A stretch of DNA of 64,000 bases. Source: an uncultured Gammaproteobacteria bacterium (GTDB lineage Bacteria > Patescibacteriota > Microgenomatia > 0-14-0-10-38-17). The notes beneath the pieces are model-generated. The model was not told the origin of the DNA. It saw only the letters and a program-made list of their open reading frames with translations, and made no database searches. Positions within the stretch are counted from its first letter, which is position 1; each line of letters opens with the position of its first letter. A program made the position numbers and the translations under genes. The stretch is from the NCBI GenBank assembly GCA_964348895.1, contig CAYGEH010000001.1, positions 610,254-674,253 on the forward strand, written 5' to 3'. Positions 38,656 to 47,471 of the stretch are shown here, piece after piece.

Positions 38656-39378
38656 ATGATTAAATTTAAAAAACCAAAAAGTTTTCGTTCTCTAGAACCT
38701 TCTCAAAAAAAGGCTTCAGTTGGAATTAGGTGGTTTTTCCTTTTTTTGTTTCTTTGTTTGCTAGGAGGCGTTTGGGCTTTTTTTAACTATGGTCTTGGTG
38801 ATTTTTTCTCTGACGGACAGGCAGAAGAAATGATCATCAATGGCGACACTCTCCCTCCTGCTCCACCCTTAATTGATCCTATTCCGGAGGCGACCAATAG
38901 TGCCATTTTAGAAGTTTCTGGTCGAGCAGAGGCTTTTTCAGAGCTTAGCTTGTTTTTAAACGGAGAAACAATTAAGAAACTGGCAGTTGAAGAAAGTGGT
39001 GAATTTAAGATTAGCGACATTAATATTAACGAAGGGGAAAATAATGTTTTTGCTACCACACAAGATGAATCGGGGAATCAAAGTCAGGAGTCGGTTAGAC
39101 AAACAATTACTTTTGACAAGGAACCTCCGACATTGGAAATAGAGTTTCCCGAAAGCGATCAGTCTTTTTCGGGCGATCAAAGAGAAATTGTTATTAGGGG
39201 GAAAACAGAAGACAGTGCTGTGATTACTGTTAATGAGAGAAAAGTAGTGGTTGGTTTAGATGGAGGGTTCGAGGCGTCTTATTCTTTGGCTGATGGCAGC
39301 AATACAATAATTATTATTGCCAAAGACAAGGCGGGGAATCAAGCCAAAGAAGAGATGACGATTAGTTATCGACCTTAG
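38656..39378 (+). CDS. Membrane-anchored extracellular protein with bacterial Ig-like (Big) repeats.
   Basis: N-terminal transmembrane segment (WFFLFLFLCLLGGVWAFF), then repeated beta-rich modules (...ISDININEGENNVFATTQDESGN... and ...SLADGSNTIIIIAKDKAGN...). Confidence 0.4.
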   Translation: MIKFKKPKSFRSLEPSQKKASVGIRWFFLFLFLCLLGGVWAFFNYGLGDFFSDGQAEEMIINGDTLPPAPPLIDPIPEATNSAILEVSGRAEAFSELSLFLNGETIKKLAVEESGEFKISDININEGENNVFATTQDESGNQSQESVRQTITFDKEPPTLEIEFPESDQSFSGDQREIVIRGKTEDSAVITVNERKVVVGLDGGFEASYSLADGSNTIIIIAKDKAGNQAKEEMTISYRP

Positions 39379-40072
39379 TTTTTTTGTTTTTTTCTTCTTG
39401 GATTAGAAGCAGAAGCTTGCTTTCTTCCAAAAAAACCCGAAAGCCTTCTAGGACGGCTAAAACAAAACCGGCCAAACGATCAAGAAAGCCTAGTTTTAAA
39501 AAGAAAGTTTTTAAAAAAAATATCAATGGCAAAAAAATAACACCCAAGATGGTTGTTCTTCGAAACCTTTGATATTTTCTTTTGGCGCTGTTAGTGGATT
39601 TTAAATTAATATCAGTCAGGAGCTGTTTTAAATTATCGTATGGCTTGGCTGTTATTGGACTTGAGAGAATTGTTTTTTGGCCAGGAAATTGCCAAAGTAA
39701 TTGATCATCTTTTTCTATCCACTCCCCCACCCTCCTTCCCAGGCGAACCTCTTTTTGAGGAGACCAATTACCATAACCAAGAGTTTTTTCTAGAAATAAA
39801 TTTTTAACTATCAATTGAGCCCCAGTCCAACCCTGTAGATCAGCTTTATCGGTGAAGTTTTTTATTTCTTTAATTAACGACTGAGGAAGAACCTCTTCTT
39901 CTTTAAGGAAAAGCACCCAGCGAGTGCTGGCTTGTTTTAAGGCAAGGTTTCTTTGGTTTCTGCCATCTTGGGTTAGATTAACGATGGCGATTTTCTTTGC
40001 GCCAAACATTATTGGCTTTTTTTGATTACCAATTATTATGGCCGTTAGTTGATTTTTTTCATCCCAAGCCAT
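39362..40072 (-). CDS. Glycosyltransferase family 2-like protein with a degenerate catalytic motif (KEEE in place of DxD).
   Basis: NQRNLALKQASTRWVLFLKEEEVLPQSLIKEI aligns to the GT2 LPS-type block QRNFAL.QA..DWVL.LDADE...EL.EEI, but the DxD and the upstream DSGSTD-like block are missing. A C-terminal transmembrane helix is present. Its ATG directly abuts the stop of the upstream GT2 (TAAATG). Confidence 0.5.
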   Translation of the reverse strand: MAWDEKNQLTAIIIGNQKKPIMFGAKKIAIVNLTQDGRNQRNLALKQASTRWVLFLKEEEVLPQSLIKEIKNFTDKADLQGWTGAQLIVKNLFLEKTLGYGNWSPQKEVRLGRRVGEWIEKDDQLLWQFPGQKTILSSPITAKPYDNLKQLLTDINLKSTNSAKRKYQRFRRTTILGVIFLPLIFFLKTFFLKLGFLDRLAGFVLAVLEGFRVFLEESKLLLLIQEEKNKKTKVDN

Positions 40073-41041
40073 TTAATGATAATTATACCCTTTTCTTTTA
40101 AGGTTCTCCAAGATTCCTCGAAGGGTCCCTGTCATCACGGCAACGTCAGCCAAAATTTGAATAAAAGGAGTTATGAACAAAGCTTGACCAGAAAGCATTT
40201 TTTTAGTTTTAATTATAGGCCAAGCAAAATATGCCAACAAAACAATAAATAAAACAACTTGCCAAGACCAGTGCTTAATTGCCAAGAAAAATAAAATTAG
40301 GCCAAGCAAATAGCGAAAAAAAATAAGAGCAATTTTCTTAGAATGAGTTTGGTATTGAGAGAAAAAAACTTGACCATCCCCAAAAGCGTAGCGATGAAAC
40401 TGCCTAAAGGCCCCTGTTATTGTTTTCCTTTGGGGCCAATAAACTATTGCCTTGGGAGAAAACAAGAAAGAAAACCCCGATTTTTTAATTTTTTGATCAA
40501 AAACTAAATCCTCACAATAATTAAGCTCCTTGGGATATCCACCAACTTTTTGCCAAACAAGCTTTTTAAAGGCAATTGACCTTGATGAAGGCAGAAAGTG
40601 ATTTTTATTTTTTTGGTAAATATCAGCACAGGTGTAAGCGGCTAAGCTTTTTTGAAAAGAAGTTGTGGCGATTGGCTGATAATTACCAGCAACAACAAAA
40701 ACACTTTTCTTTTTGAGAGGGTTAGTAATTTCTTTTAACCAGTTGGGGTTTAAAATACAACCAGCGTCTGAAACAGCAATAATTTTATTTTTGGTTGTTT
40801 TTATGGCTAAGTTTCTTCCCTGAGAACGATTAATGCCAGGCTCAATAATTAATCTTATTGGTAGTTGTTTTTGCCATTTTTTAATTTTTGAAATAGTTTT
40901 GTCGGTCGAACCAGCGTCAACAATAATAATTTCATCTGGGGCAACAGTTTGTTCTGCAATTGACTTCAAAAACGAACGAATAGAACCCTCTTCGTTGAAA
41001 ATGGTGACAACAAAAGAGGTTTTCATTTTATAGCTTTCCAT
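40073..41041 (-). CDS. Glycosyltransferase family 2 (intact), with C-terminal transmembrane helices.
   Basis: SFVVTIFNEEGSIRSFLKSIAEQTVAPDEIIIVDAGSTDKT is the GT2 N-terminal signature; SDAG acceptor/DxD region. Confidence 0.8.
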   Translation of the reverse strand: MESYKMKTSFVVTIFNEEGSIRSFLKSIAEQTVAPDEIIIVDAGSTDKTISKIKKWQKQLPIRLIIEPGINRSQGRNLAIKTTKNKIIAVSDAGCILNPNWLKEITNPLKKKSVFVVAGNYQPIATTSFQKSLAAYTCADIYQKNKNHFLPSSRSIAFKKLVWQKVGGYPKELNYCEDLVFDQKIKKSGFSFLFSPKAIVYWPQRKTITGAFRQFHRYAFGDGQVFFSQYQTHSKKIALIFFRYLLGLILFFLAIKHWSWQVVLFIVLLAYFAWPIIKTKKMLSGQALFITPFIQILADVAVMTGTLRGILENLKRKGYNYH

Positions 41042-42093
41042 AAACTTAGATATTGTTCGTAAAGATTTTCCCAGGTTTGCCTAGAAGCCCATCGATAAGA
41101 AAGATTTATTGTTTTTTCATACTTGTTTGGTTGGCTTATGAAATCTTTAATGTTTTCAGCTAATTGTATAAAATTATTAGAGATCGACAGACTATCTGCT
41201 ATTGGTAAGCTTAAAAGATAATCTTTTTTTATTTCATCTTTATAGATAGAAAAAATCTTTTTCTTCAATTGTGCGGCTTCTATTATTGAAAGGTATTGCG
41301 AGGCAAAAAAGATATCGCTTTTTAAAATATATTCGGAAGGATTTTCTACCCAACCCTTTAGCTTAATTGGTAAATTATTTTTTTTAACGCTTTTTTGTAT
41401 TTTTTCAAAAAGAGAACCGTTGCCGCATATTGTAAGGCTTACTTTAATTTTATATTTTTCTTGCAAAACTATTACTGTTTTTATATATTCCTCTATTCCC
41501 GTATCCTTTTCTAGTCTTCCAACGAAACAGGCGTTTATTGTGTTTATAGAGAAAGTAGGAGCTTTTTTATTTTTCTTAGGCAAGGAAGAAGGAGAAGATG
41601 CCCCATAAATGATTTTTGTTGGACTTATTCCATACCATTTTTTTAGATAAGAACCAATAGCGATCGAGCCCTGACTTATTCTTTCTGTAAATTTTTTTTC
41701 GATTTTGTTTTTTATTTTTTTGTAAGAATAGGGTTCGTAACCATGAAACGTTAGGTAAAACTTTTTTTTAGGAAAAATTATTTTTAATGGTAAAAACCAA
41801 AAACCGACATCGTGAGCATGTATAATATCAGCTTTTTTTATTAACTTTTTATTTTTTATTAACCACCCCCAAATTATAATTTTTTTTAACCTTTCTCCAC
41901 TATTTTTAAGAGGAATTCTATAAATTTTGATTTTTTTAAAAAAATCAAAATCTTCTAAAGAACCAGAATGCTTTTCTGTTATTATTGAAACATTATGACC
42001 ATTTTTAGTTGCGATTTCAGATATTTTTAAAACATGTTTTTGAACGCCACCAATGCTTGGAAAAAAAAGTCTTGTCAAAAAAAATATTTTCAT
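41023..42093 (-). CDS. Glycosyltransferase family 1 (GT4-like).
   Basis: MKIFFLTRLFFPSIGGVQKHVLKISEIATKNGHNVSIIT is the GT4 N-terminal pattern; a C-terminal E-x7-E-like region. Confidence 0.7.
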   Translation of the reverse strand: MKIFFLTRLFFPSIGGVQKHVLKISEIATKNGHNVSIITEKHSGSLEDFDFFKKIKIYRIPLKNSGERLKKIIIWGWLIKNKKLIKKADIIHAHDVGFWFLPLKIIFPKKKFYLTFHGYEPYSYKKIKNKIEKKFTERISQGSIAIGSYLKKWYGISPTKIIYGASSPSSLPKKNKKAPTFSINTINACFVGRLEKDTGIEEYIKTVIVLQEKYKIKVSLTICGNGSLFEKIQKSVKKNNLPIKLKGWVENPSEYILKSDIFFASQYLSIIEAAQLKKKIFSIYKDEIKKDYLLSLPIADSLSISNNFIQLAENIKDFISQPNKYEKTINLSYRWASRQTWENLYEQYLSLWKAIK

Positions 42094-44522
42094 ATATTGA
42101 CAAAGATATTAGTATTATTTCATACTTCTTGTTAGTGAAAATACTTTTTTCCTTTTTAACGTTAATTATTTTTTTATTTACTTCTTTTCCGGTTTTGGCT
42201 GTTGATAATTTTTCCGACGACTTTACTAATCCAAGCTTTGAAGACAGATGGGAGATTATTTATATCTCCCCGAGTGCGCAAAGCCCCTTATGGGAAACTT
42301 ACAACTGGAGGGTTGTTGACGGAAAACTTGGCGTTTTTTTAGGAAATTCTCAAATGAGAACACATGTAATTTTAAAGAACGGCGCTTTTTCTAATTATAC
42401 TTATTCGTTAGAACTAACAGGAAGAAGAGGCGAAGACAAAAACATTTTGTTTAGATATAAAAATAAAGACAACTGGTATGGTTTTCACATAAACAACTCT
42501 GGAACATTTTTTGGCACAAGAAAGAACGGAAGTTATTCCGATGTTAAGGTTAGCAGCTTTTCTTTTTTAAACAATGTTGTCTACAACATTGACATTGTTT
42601 TAATTGAAGATAAGGTTTCTTTTTTTGTTAATGGTAACAAAATAGTTGACAGCCACAAGATTAATGACAACTTTATTCTATCCGGCACTGTTGGTCTTAA
42701 GGTTTCGACTGGAGCGACCTACCCTTCTGAAGTGTATTTTGATGATATAAAAATAACTAAAATAAACACCCCGGTTGTTTTGATTCCTGGACATGGGGCT
42801 TCTTTTAATTTCAAAGAAATGTTTCTTGACCAGCCCGATCCTGGTGGTTGGAGAATGACCCCAGGGGTTAATATCTACAACAACATCATTACTTCTTTGG
42901 AGGCTAACGGCTATAAGAAAAACGAAGACTTGTTCATCTTTAACTATAACTGGCTAAACCCCATTTCCGATTCAGCCAATAAGCTTTATGCTTTTATTGA
43001 AAATATAACCTCCTCTTCCCCATTTTCTTCAGTTAAAGTAATTGGTCATTCTATGGGTGGTCTAGTGGCCAGAACCTGTCTCCAAGAAAAAGAAAACGAT
43101 TGCTTTATTGATCAACTTGTTACCGCTGGTTCACCTCATCGAGGGGTATTGGAGACTTATGGGGCCTGGGAGGGTGGCGAGGTGTGGCGAGACGGATTAA
43201 CAAGGCTGGTGTTTGAATTGTTTTTAAATATAAAAAAAGAACCACTAGAGACAAACAAAGAAGCCATAAGAAGATTTTCTCCAGCCCTGGAAGAAATGTT
43301 ACCAAGTTTTGCCTATTTGAAAAACACCTCTGGGGAGCAAATTGATTTTGATAATGAAGATTATCCCAAAAGCTTTTTTTTGGAAAGAATTGCTGAAACG
43401 ACAAAAATAAAAAACAAAACTACTTTTATTTTTGGGAGAAACGAACCCACTCTGCGTTGGTTAATTCTTGATAACAACTTACCCTGGACCGATCGGATAT
43501 TGGGTAATTGGAAGTTTGGAAAACCGATTGAAAAAGAGTTCTCTGTTCTTGGCGATGAGACAGTCTTAGACTTTAGCGCTTATCCTAGCGATGATTTGTC
43601 TGGTAAGGTTTTTAATCTTGACCACGAAGAAATTGTCGGTCATCCGACTGCCGTTGGTGAAATTATGACTACTTTAGGCTTAAAACCTGAGGAAAACTTA
43701 AACTTTCTTGCCAGTGAAAATAGTTTTTTGGTTTTTTATCTCCATTCTCCAGCTTATTTAGAAATGGTTGATAAGCCCCCAGACTCTGTTTTTCTTGGCG
43801 ATGAGGATGGTACTAGGTTGATTATAGTTGCCAAACCCGACCCAAATAAAGATTATTTAGTTGATGTTGTTGGTAACAATAAAGGTAAGTATCGATTGAC
43901 GGTAGGTAAAATTGACGCCGCTGATTCGTTTTGGCGAGATTATGGTGGTTTTATTGAAGATGGAGAAACAGATAGTTTTAGGATTACTCCAAATGAATTA
44001 TTAAAAACAACAACTACAGAAACACTACAACCCATTGAAGAATTGTTTTTAGATTTAAAAAAATCTAACAACCCCGACTTAGAACCAAAAATCAGCCAAT
44101 GGCAAGAATTGTTTAACAGTGACTACAATCAAGCCTTAATTTATGGTTATCGGTTAAGAAATTGGTTGTCTTTATTAGCCGAAGGAGAGTTAGGGGAGGC
44201 CGATTTTGTCGCCAGTCTTTCTAGAGTAGAAGCAATTATTAATTATTTAGAAGAATTGTCTTTAAGTGGTAACCAAAGTTTTTACCTTGGGGAAAAACAG
44301 GCCCTTTTAAATTTTTGGTCTGAAGGATTGCTTAATTTTTCCTCAATGCCTGAACCTGACAATAACAGTAATTTATTAAAATTAGCCGCCTTTGACCATA
44401 TTGAATCTAGTCGTTATTATTCCCGCGTTATTGCTGGAACAGAAGGCGAACATCAAGATTTAGTTTATTCTTTTTCTGGATTAGGACTATTGAGAAATAG
44501 TCAAATACTTCTTCAACCCTGA
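42009..44522 (+). CDS. Large secreted protein. It has a signal peptide, a ConA-like/DUF1080 (LamG-type) lectin-like jelly-roll, an alpha/beta-hydrolase lipase/esterase domain (GHSMGG), and about 400 aa of uncharacterised C-terminal region. The true start is probably downstream of 42009, near 42095.
   Basis: Signal peptide FLLVKILFSFLTLIIFLFTSFPVLA. The WRVVDGKLGVF...NYTYSLELTGRRGEDKNILFRYKNKDNWYGFHI region resembles DUF1080. VKVIGHSMGGLVARTCL is a lipase/PGAP1-like nucleophile elbow. The annotated start overlaps the divergent GT1 gene. Confidence 0.6.
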   Translation: MRFQIFLKHVFERHQCLEKKVLSKKIFSYIDKDISIISYFLLVKILFSFLTLIIFLFTSFPVLAVDNFSDDFTNPSFEDRWEIIYISPSAQSPLWETYNWRVVDGKLGVFLGNSQMRTHVILKNGAFSNYTYSLELTGRRGEDKNILFRYKNKDNWYGFHINNSGTFFGTRKNGSYSDVKVSSFSFLNNVVYNIDIVLIEDKVSFFVNGNKIVDSHKINDNFILSGTVGLKVSTGATYPSEVYFDDIKITKINTPVVLIPGHGASFNFKEMFLDQPDPGGWRMTPGVNIYNNIITSLEANGYKKNEDLFIFNYNWLNPISDSANKLYAFIENITSSSPFSSVKVIGHSMGGLVARTCLQEKENDCFIDQLVTAGSPHRGVLETYGAWEGGEVWRDGLTRLVFELFLNIKKEPLETNKEAIRRFSPALEEMLPSFAYLKNTSGEQIDFDNEDYPKSFFLERIAETTKIKNKTTFIFGRNEPTLRWLILDNNLPWTDRILGNWKFGKPIEKEFSVLGDETVLDFSAYPSDDLSGKVFNLDHEEIVGHPTAVGEIMTTLGLKPEENLNFLASENSFLVFYLHSPAYLEMVDKPPDSVFLGDEDGTRLIIVAKPDPNKDYLVDVVGNNKGKYRLTVGKIDAADSFWRDYGGFIEDGETDSFRITPNELLKTTTTETLQPIEELFLDLKKSNNPDLEPKISQWQELFNSDYNQALIYGYRLRNWLSLLAEGELGEADFVASLSRVEAIINYLEELSLSGNQSFYLGEKQALLNFWSEGLLNFSSMPEPDNNSNLLKLAAFDHIESSRYYSRVIAGTEGEHQDLVYSFSGLGLLRNSQILLQP

Positions 44523-44654
44523 CAATTGTTTTTTTATGAAGTGTCCTGGTGTATTATAAGGAAAGGGGTTTGTTTGCTCTCTTGGGCGGATTAATTTTCG
44601 CGCACAAATAAAAACGGAATTTTTAGGCAAAGTGTTTGTTTAAGGGTTAGATTT

Positions 44655-44730
44655 TGGTGCGCGCATCTGGATTTGAACCAGAGACCTCTTCGATGTGAAC
44701 GAAGCGCTCTACCAGCTGAGCCATGCGCGC
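44655..44730 (-). tRNA. tRNA-Val (anticodon CAC), CCA encoded.
   Basis: Reverse complement GCGCGCATGGCTCAGCTGGTAGAGCGCTTCGTTCACATCGAAGAGGTCTCTGGTTCAAATCCAGATGCGCGCACCA; anticodon loop TTCACAT. Confidence 0.85.
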
Positions 44731-44825
44731 CAAGTGCACTTTAAATTTATTTTATCACGCTCCTCTATTTTAATATCTTTGACAAAAATATTGGTCTTTA
44801 ATCCAAAAATGAATATAATGAAGAT

Positions 44826-45389
44826 ATGGTTGAGGCAAGCCAAAAAGAATCTCGATTAGCAATTGATGTAGGGGCTGGTTTTGGCGAATTATTTATTAAC
44901 AGAGCCAAACTGGAACCAGAGAAGAGATTTATTATAATCGAACCCCTGGGTTGGCCCGATCCTTCAGATCGAGAAATACCCAAAAACTTGACTTGGATAA
45001 AAGGAAGGCTGACAGAGAAAGAATCTCTTCCTCTTCAAGACGCCTCTGTTGATGAGGTTAATTTTAACTTTTCTATATCAACAATGTGTGTTGACCATCA
45101 AGGTTTTGATCAGGAGCCTAAAGAATATTTACAAGTTTTACTGAAAGAACCGTTAAGGATTTTAAAAAATGGTGGACAATTAATTATCAGAGAAGAAGCT
45201 GGATTTTGCCAAGAAATTATTAAACCCAGCCTGACTGAAATGGGGATGGTTTTTGAGGAGACTGCAGTGGAGGAAGAAGATTTGAGTCTTACCGGCCAAG
45301 AATCCTTAACTGATTATTATTTTAATCCAGAAAAAAACCATCGTTCTCAACCAAGAAAAATTGTGATTATAAAGACAATGGCAAAATAA
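44826..45389 (+). CDS. Class I SAM-dependent methyltransferase (small, type-11-like).
   Basis: Motif I IDVGAGFGE, motif post-I FIIIEP, and LKNGGQLII. Confidence 0.6.
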   Translation: MVEASQKESRLAIDVGAGFGELFINRAKLEPEKRFIIIEPLGWPDPSDREIPKNLTWIKGRLTEKESLPLQDASVDEVNFNFSISTMCVDHQGFDQEPKEYLQVLLKEPLRILKNGGQLIIREEAGFCQEIIKPSLTEMGMVFEETAVEEEDLSLTGQESLTDYYFNPEKNHRSQPRKIVIIKTMAK

Positions 45390-45440
45390 CACCTAATAAC
45401 CCCAATTGTTTTTTTATAAAAACTTCTTGTCATTATTGAA

Positions 45441-46028
45441 TTGGAAAGATATAATGATTTTATGGTCAGAAAAATTTGGCGATTATTCTTAGAAATTATT
45501 CAAGACATTACCTTAGTTTTAGCTGTTTTTGTTTTGGTTTATTTATTTCTCTTTCGTCCTCATCAGGTTAACGGAATGTCAATGTATCCCAACTTTAACA
45601 ACAAGGACTTTATTCTTTCCGAAAGAGTTTCCTACCGTTTTCGAGAGCCTAGACGAGGAGAGATTGTGGTTTTTAAGGCCCCTCCAACAGAAATTTGTGC
45701 AGCAATAGAATGCGAATACATTAAAAGAGTGGTTGCCCTACCTGGGGAGGCGGTTAAGGTTGAGCAAGGAGCAGTTTATATTAACAATCGGGTTTTGGCA
45801 GAAAGCTATTTACCAAAAGAATCTCGTACCAGCCCTGGTGGATTTTTAACTGAAGGTGAAGAAAAAATTGTTCCCCCAGAGCATTATTTATTTTTGGGCG
45901 ACAATCGAGGTGGTTCCAGAGATGGTCGAGACTTTGGTTTTGTTTCTCAAAACGACGTAGTCGGCAGAGCGATCTTTCGTTATTGGCCTTTATCTTCTTT
46001 TGGCTCAGTGGCTAACTTAGGGCTTTGA
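45441..46028 (+). CDS. lepB: Signal peptidase I (S26).
   Basis: N-terminal transmembrane segment, catalytic Ser in GMSMYP, IKRVVALPGE (Lys), GDNRGGSRDGR box E. Confidence 0.85.
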   Translation: MERYNDFMVRKIWRLFLEIIQDITLVLAVFVLVYLFLFRPHQVNGMSMYPNFNNKDFILSERVSYRFREPRRGEIVVFKAPPTEICAAIECEYIKRVVALPGEAVKVEQGAVYINNRVLAESYLPKESRTSPGGFLTEGEEKIVPPEHYLFLGDNRGGSRDGRDFGFVSQNDVVGRAIFRYWPLSSFGSVANLGL

Positions 46029-46843
46029 CCACAAATTTTTTGATAAAAACTGCTTAACTGATCTTCGGTTTCTTCAATTCCTCCATCCCAGACAACCGTA
46101 ATTTTGGTTTGAGATCGAGATCGACTTATTTTTACTTTTGTTTTGCCAGCGTCAGAGAGAGTTTTTTCCAAACTTTCTCTTATGATTTGATATTCAGGAG
46201 AAATCAAGCGACTTTCTTCTTTAGGAGAGTTAGATTTTTTTTCTGGCTTTCTGGTTAATCTAGACAACTCCTCTGCTCTTCTTACCGAAGCTTTTTCTTT
46301 TAAAACCTGTTTATAAACCTCAATGATTTTTTCTGGCGTTTCTAGTCCAGCGATGGCTCGAGCGTGTCCTTCGCTAATTAATTCAGACAGTAGGCCGTCT
46401 TTAACTGCGTCAGGGAGAGCCAGAAGCCTTAGGGAATTAGAAACATAAGCAAGGCTCTTCCCAATTTTTTGAGCAATTTCTCCCACCGAAAGATCAAACT
46501 CTTCGTGGAGTCGCTGAAAAGCTTTGGCTCGATCTAGGGCGGTTAGATCTTCTCTTTGAACATTCTCAATAATCGCCATTTCCAGCATTTGGCGAGGATT
46601 AGTTTTCTTTATAATAACCGGAACGGTTTTTAGACCAATAATTCTAGCTGATCGCCAGCGTCTTTCTCCAGCAATAATTTGATAACCAGCAGGAGTATCG
46701 GCGACAACGAGAGGCTCTAAGATTCCGTGTTCTCTGATTGAATTAATTAGTTCGGTTAGTGATTCTGGAGTAATGACTCCACGAGGCTGAAGTGGATTGG
46801 GTTGAAGCTGATCAACGGCAATATCAATAACTTGATTGACCAT
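45980..46843 (-). CDS. parB: ParB/Spo0J chromosome-partitioning protein.
   Basis: ParB N-terminal domain (IDIAVDQLQPNPLQPRGV, GILEPLVVA, QIIAGERRWRSARIIG) and an HTH. Confidence 0.85.
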   Translation of the reverse strand: MVNQVIDIAVDQLQPNPLQPRGVITPESLTELINSIREHGILEPLVVADTPAGYQIIAGERRWRSARIIGLKTVPVIIKKTNPRQMLEMAIIENVQREDLTALDRAKAFQRLHEEFDLSVGEIAQKIGKSLAYVSNSLRLLALPDAVKDGLLSELISEGHARAIAGLETPEKIIEVYKQVLKEKASVRRAEELSRLTRKPEKKSNSPKEESRLISPEYQIIRESLEKTLSDAGKTKVKISRSRSQTKITVVWDGGIEETEDQLSSFYQKICGQSPKLATEPKEDKGQ

Positions 46844-47091
46844 TAGCTGACTACCTCGACTATCTTTTTACCTTGGCGTTTTAAAAAATTAACAGTCCCA
46901 GTTGTAATTGCAAAAAGAGTATAGTCTTTGCCCATTTTAACTCCTTGACCAGGATGAACTTGACTACCTCGTTGACGAATAATAATGTTGCCAGAAATAA
47001 CCGCTTGGTTTTGAGCTTTTTTAATTCCCAGTCTTTTTCCTGGTCGAGGTGTTTTTTGTTTAGCCTTAGCTCCGGATTTTGTATGAGCCAT
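46843..47091 (-). CDS. rpmA: 50S ribosomal protein L27.
   Basis: MAHTKSGAKAKQKTPRPGKRLGIKK...GNIIIRQRGSQVHPGQGVKMGKDYTLFA is the L27 signature. Confidence 0.9.
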   Translation of the reverse strand: MAHTKSGAKAKQKTPRPGKRLGIKKAQNQAVISGNIIIRQRGSQVHPGQGVKMGKDYTLFAITTGTVNFLKRQGKKIVEVVS

Positions 47092-47096
47092 ATTAG

Positions 47097-47405
47097 TTAA
47101 ATTTTAGTAATTCTTAATTTAGTTAAATGAGGCCTAAAGCCCTTAACTCGACGGTGACGAGATTTGGCTTTATAGGTGGCCACTTTGATCTTTTTTCCTT
47201 TAAAATTTTCAATTATTTCTGCTTCTATTGTTTTATCTTTTAAATAGGGTTGACCAATTTCTACTTTACCGTTAGCTAAAAGCAAAACCCTGTCTAGTTT
47301 AACTTTTGCTCCGTCCTTGGGCTCAAGATTATTAACAGCCAATTCATCATTTTCCTCTACCTGATATTGATGACCAGCAATTTCTACAATCGCAAATTTT
47401 TTCAT
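47097..47405 (-). CDS. rplU: 50S ribosomal protein L21.
   Basis: MKKFAIVEIAGHQYQVEEND...RHRRVKGFRPHLTKLRITKI is the L21 pattern. Confidence 0.9.
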   Translation of the reverse strand: MKKFAIVEIAGHQYQVEENDELAVNNLEPKDGAKVKLDRVLLLANGKVEIGQPYLKDKTIEAEIIENFKGKKIKVATYKAKSRHRRVKGFRPHLTKLRITKI

Positions 47406-47471
47406 AGTGAAAACATTATAACATAAGATTACTTTGAGGCCTATTAAGGTAAAAAAATAAAAATTAAAAAT

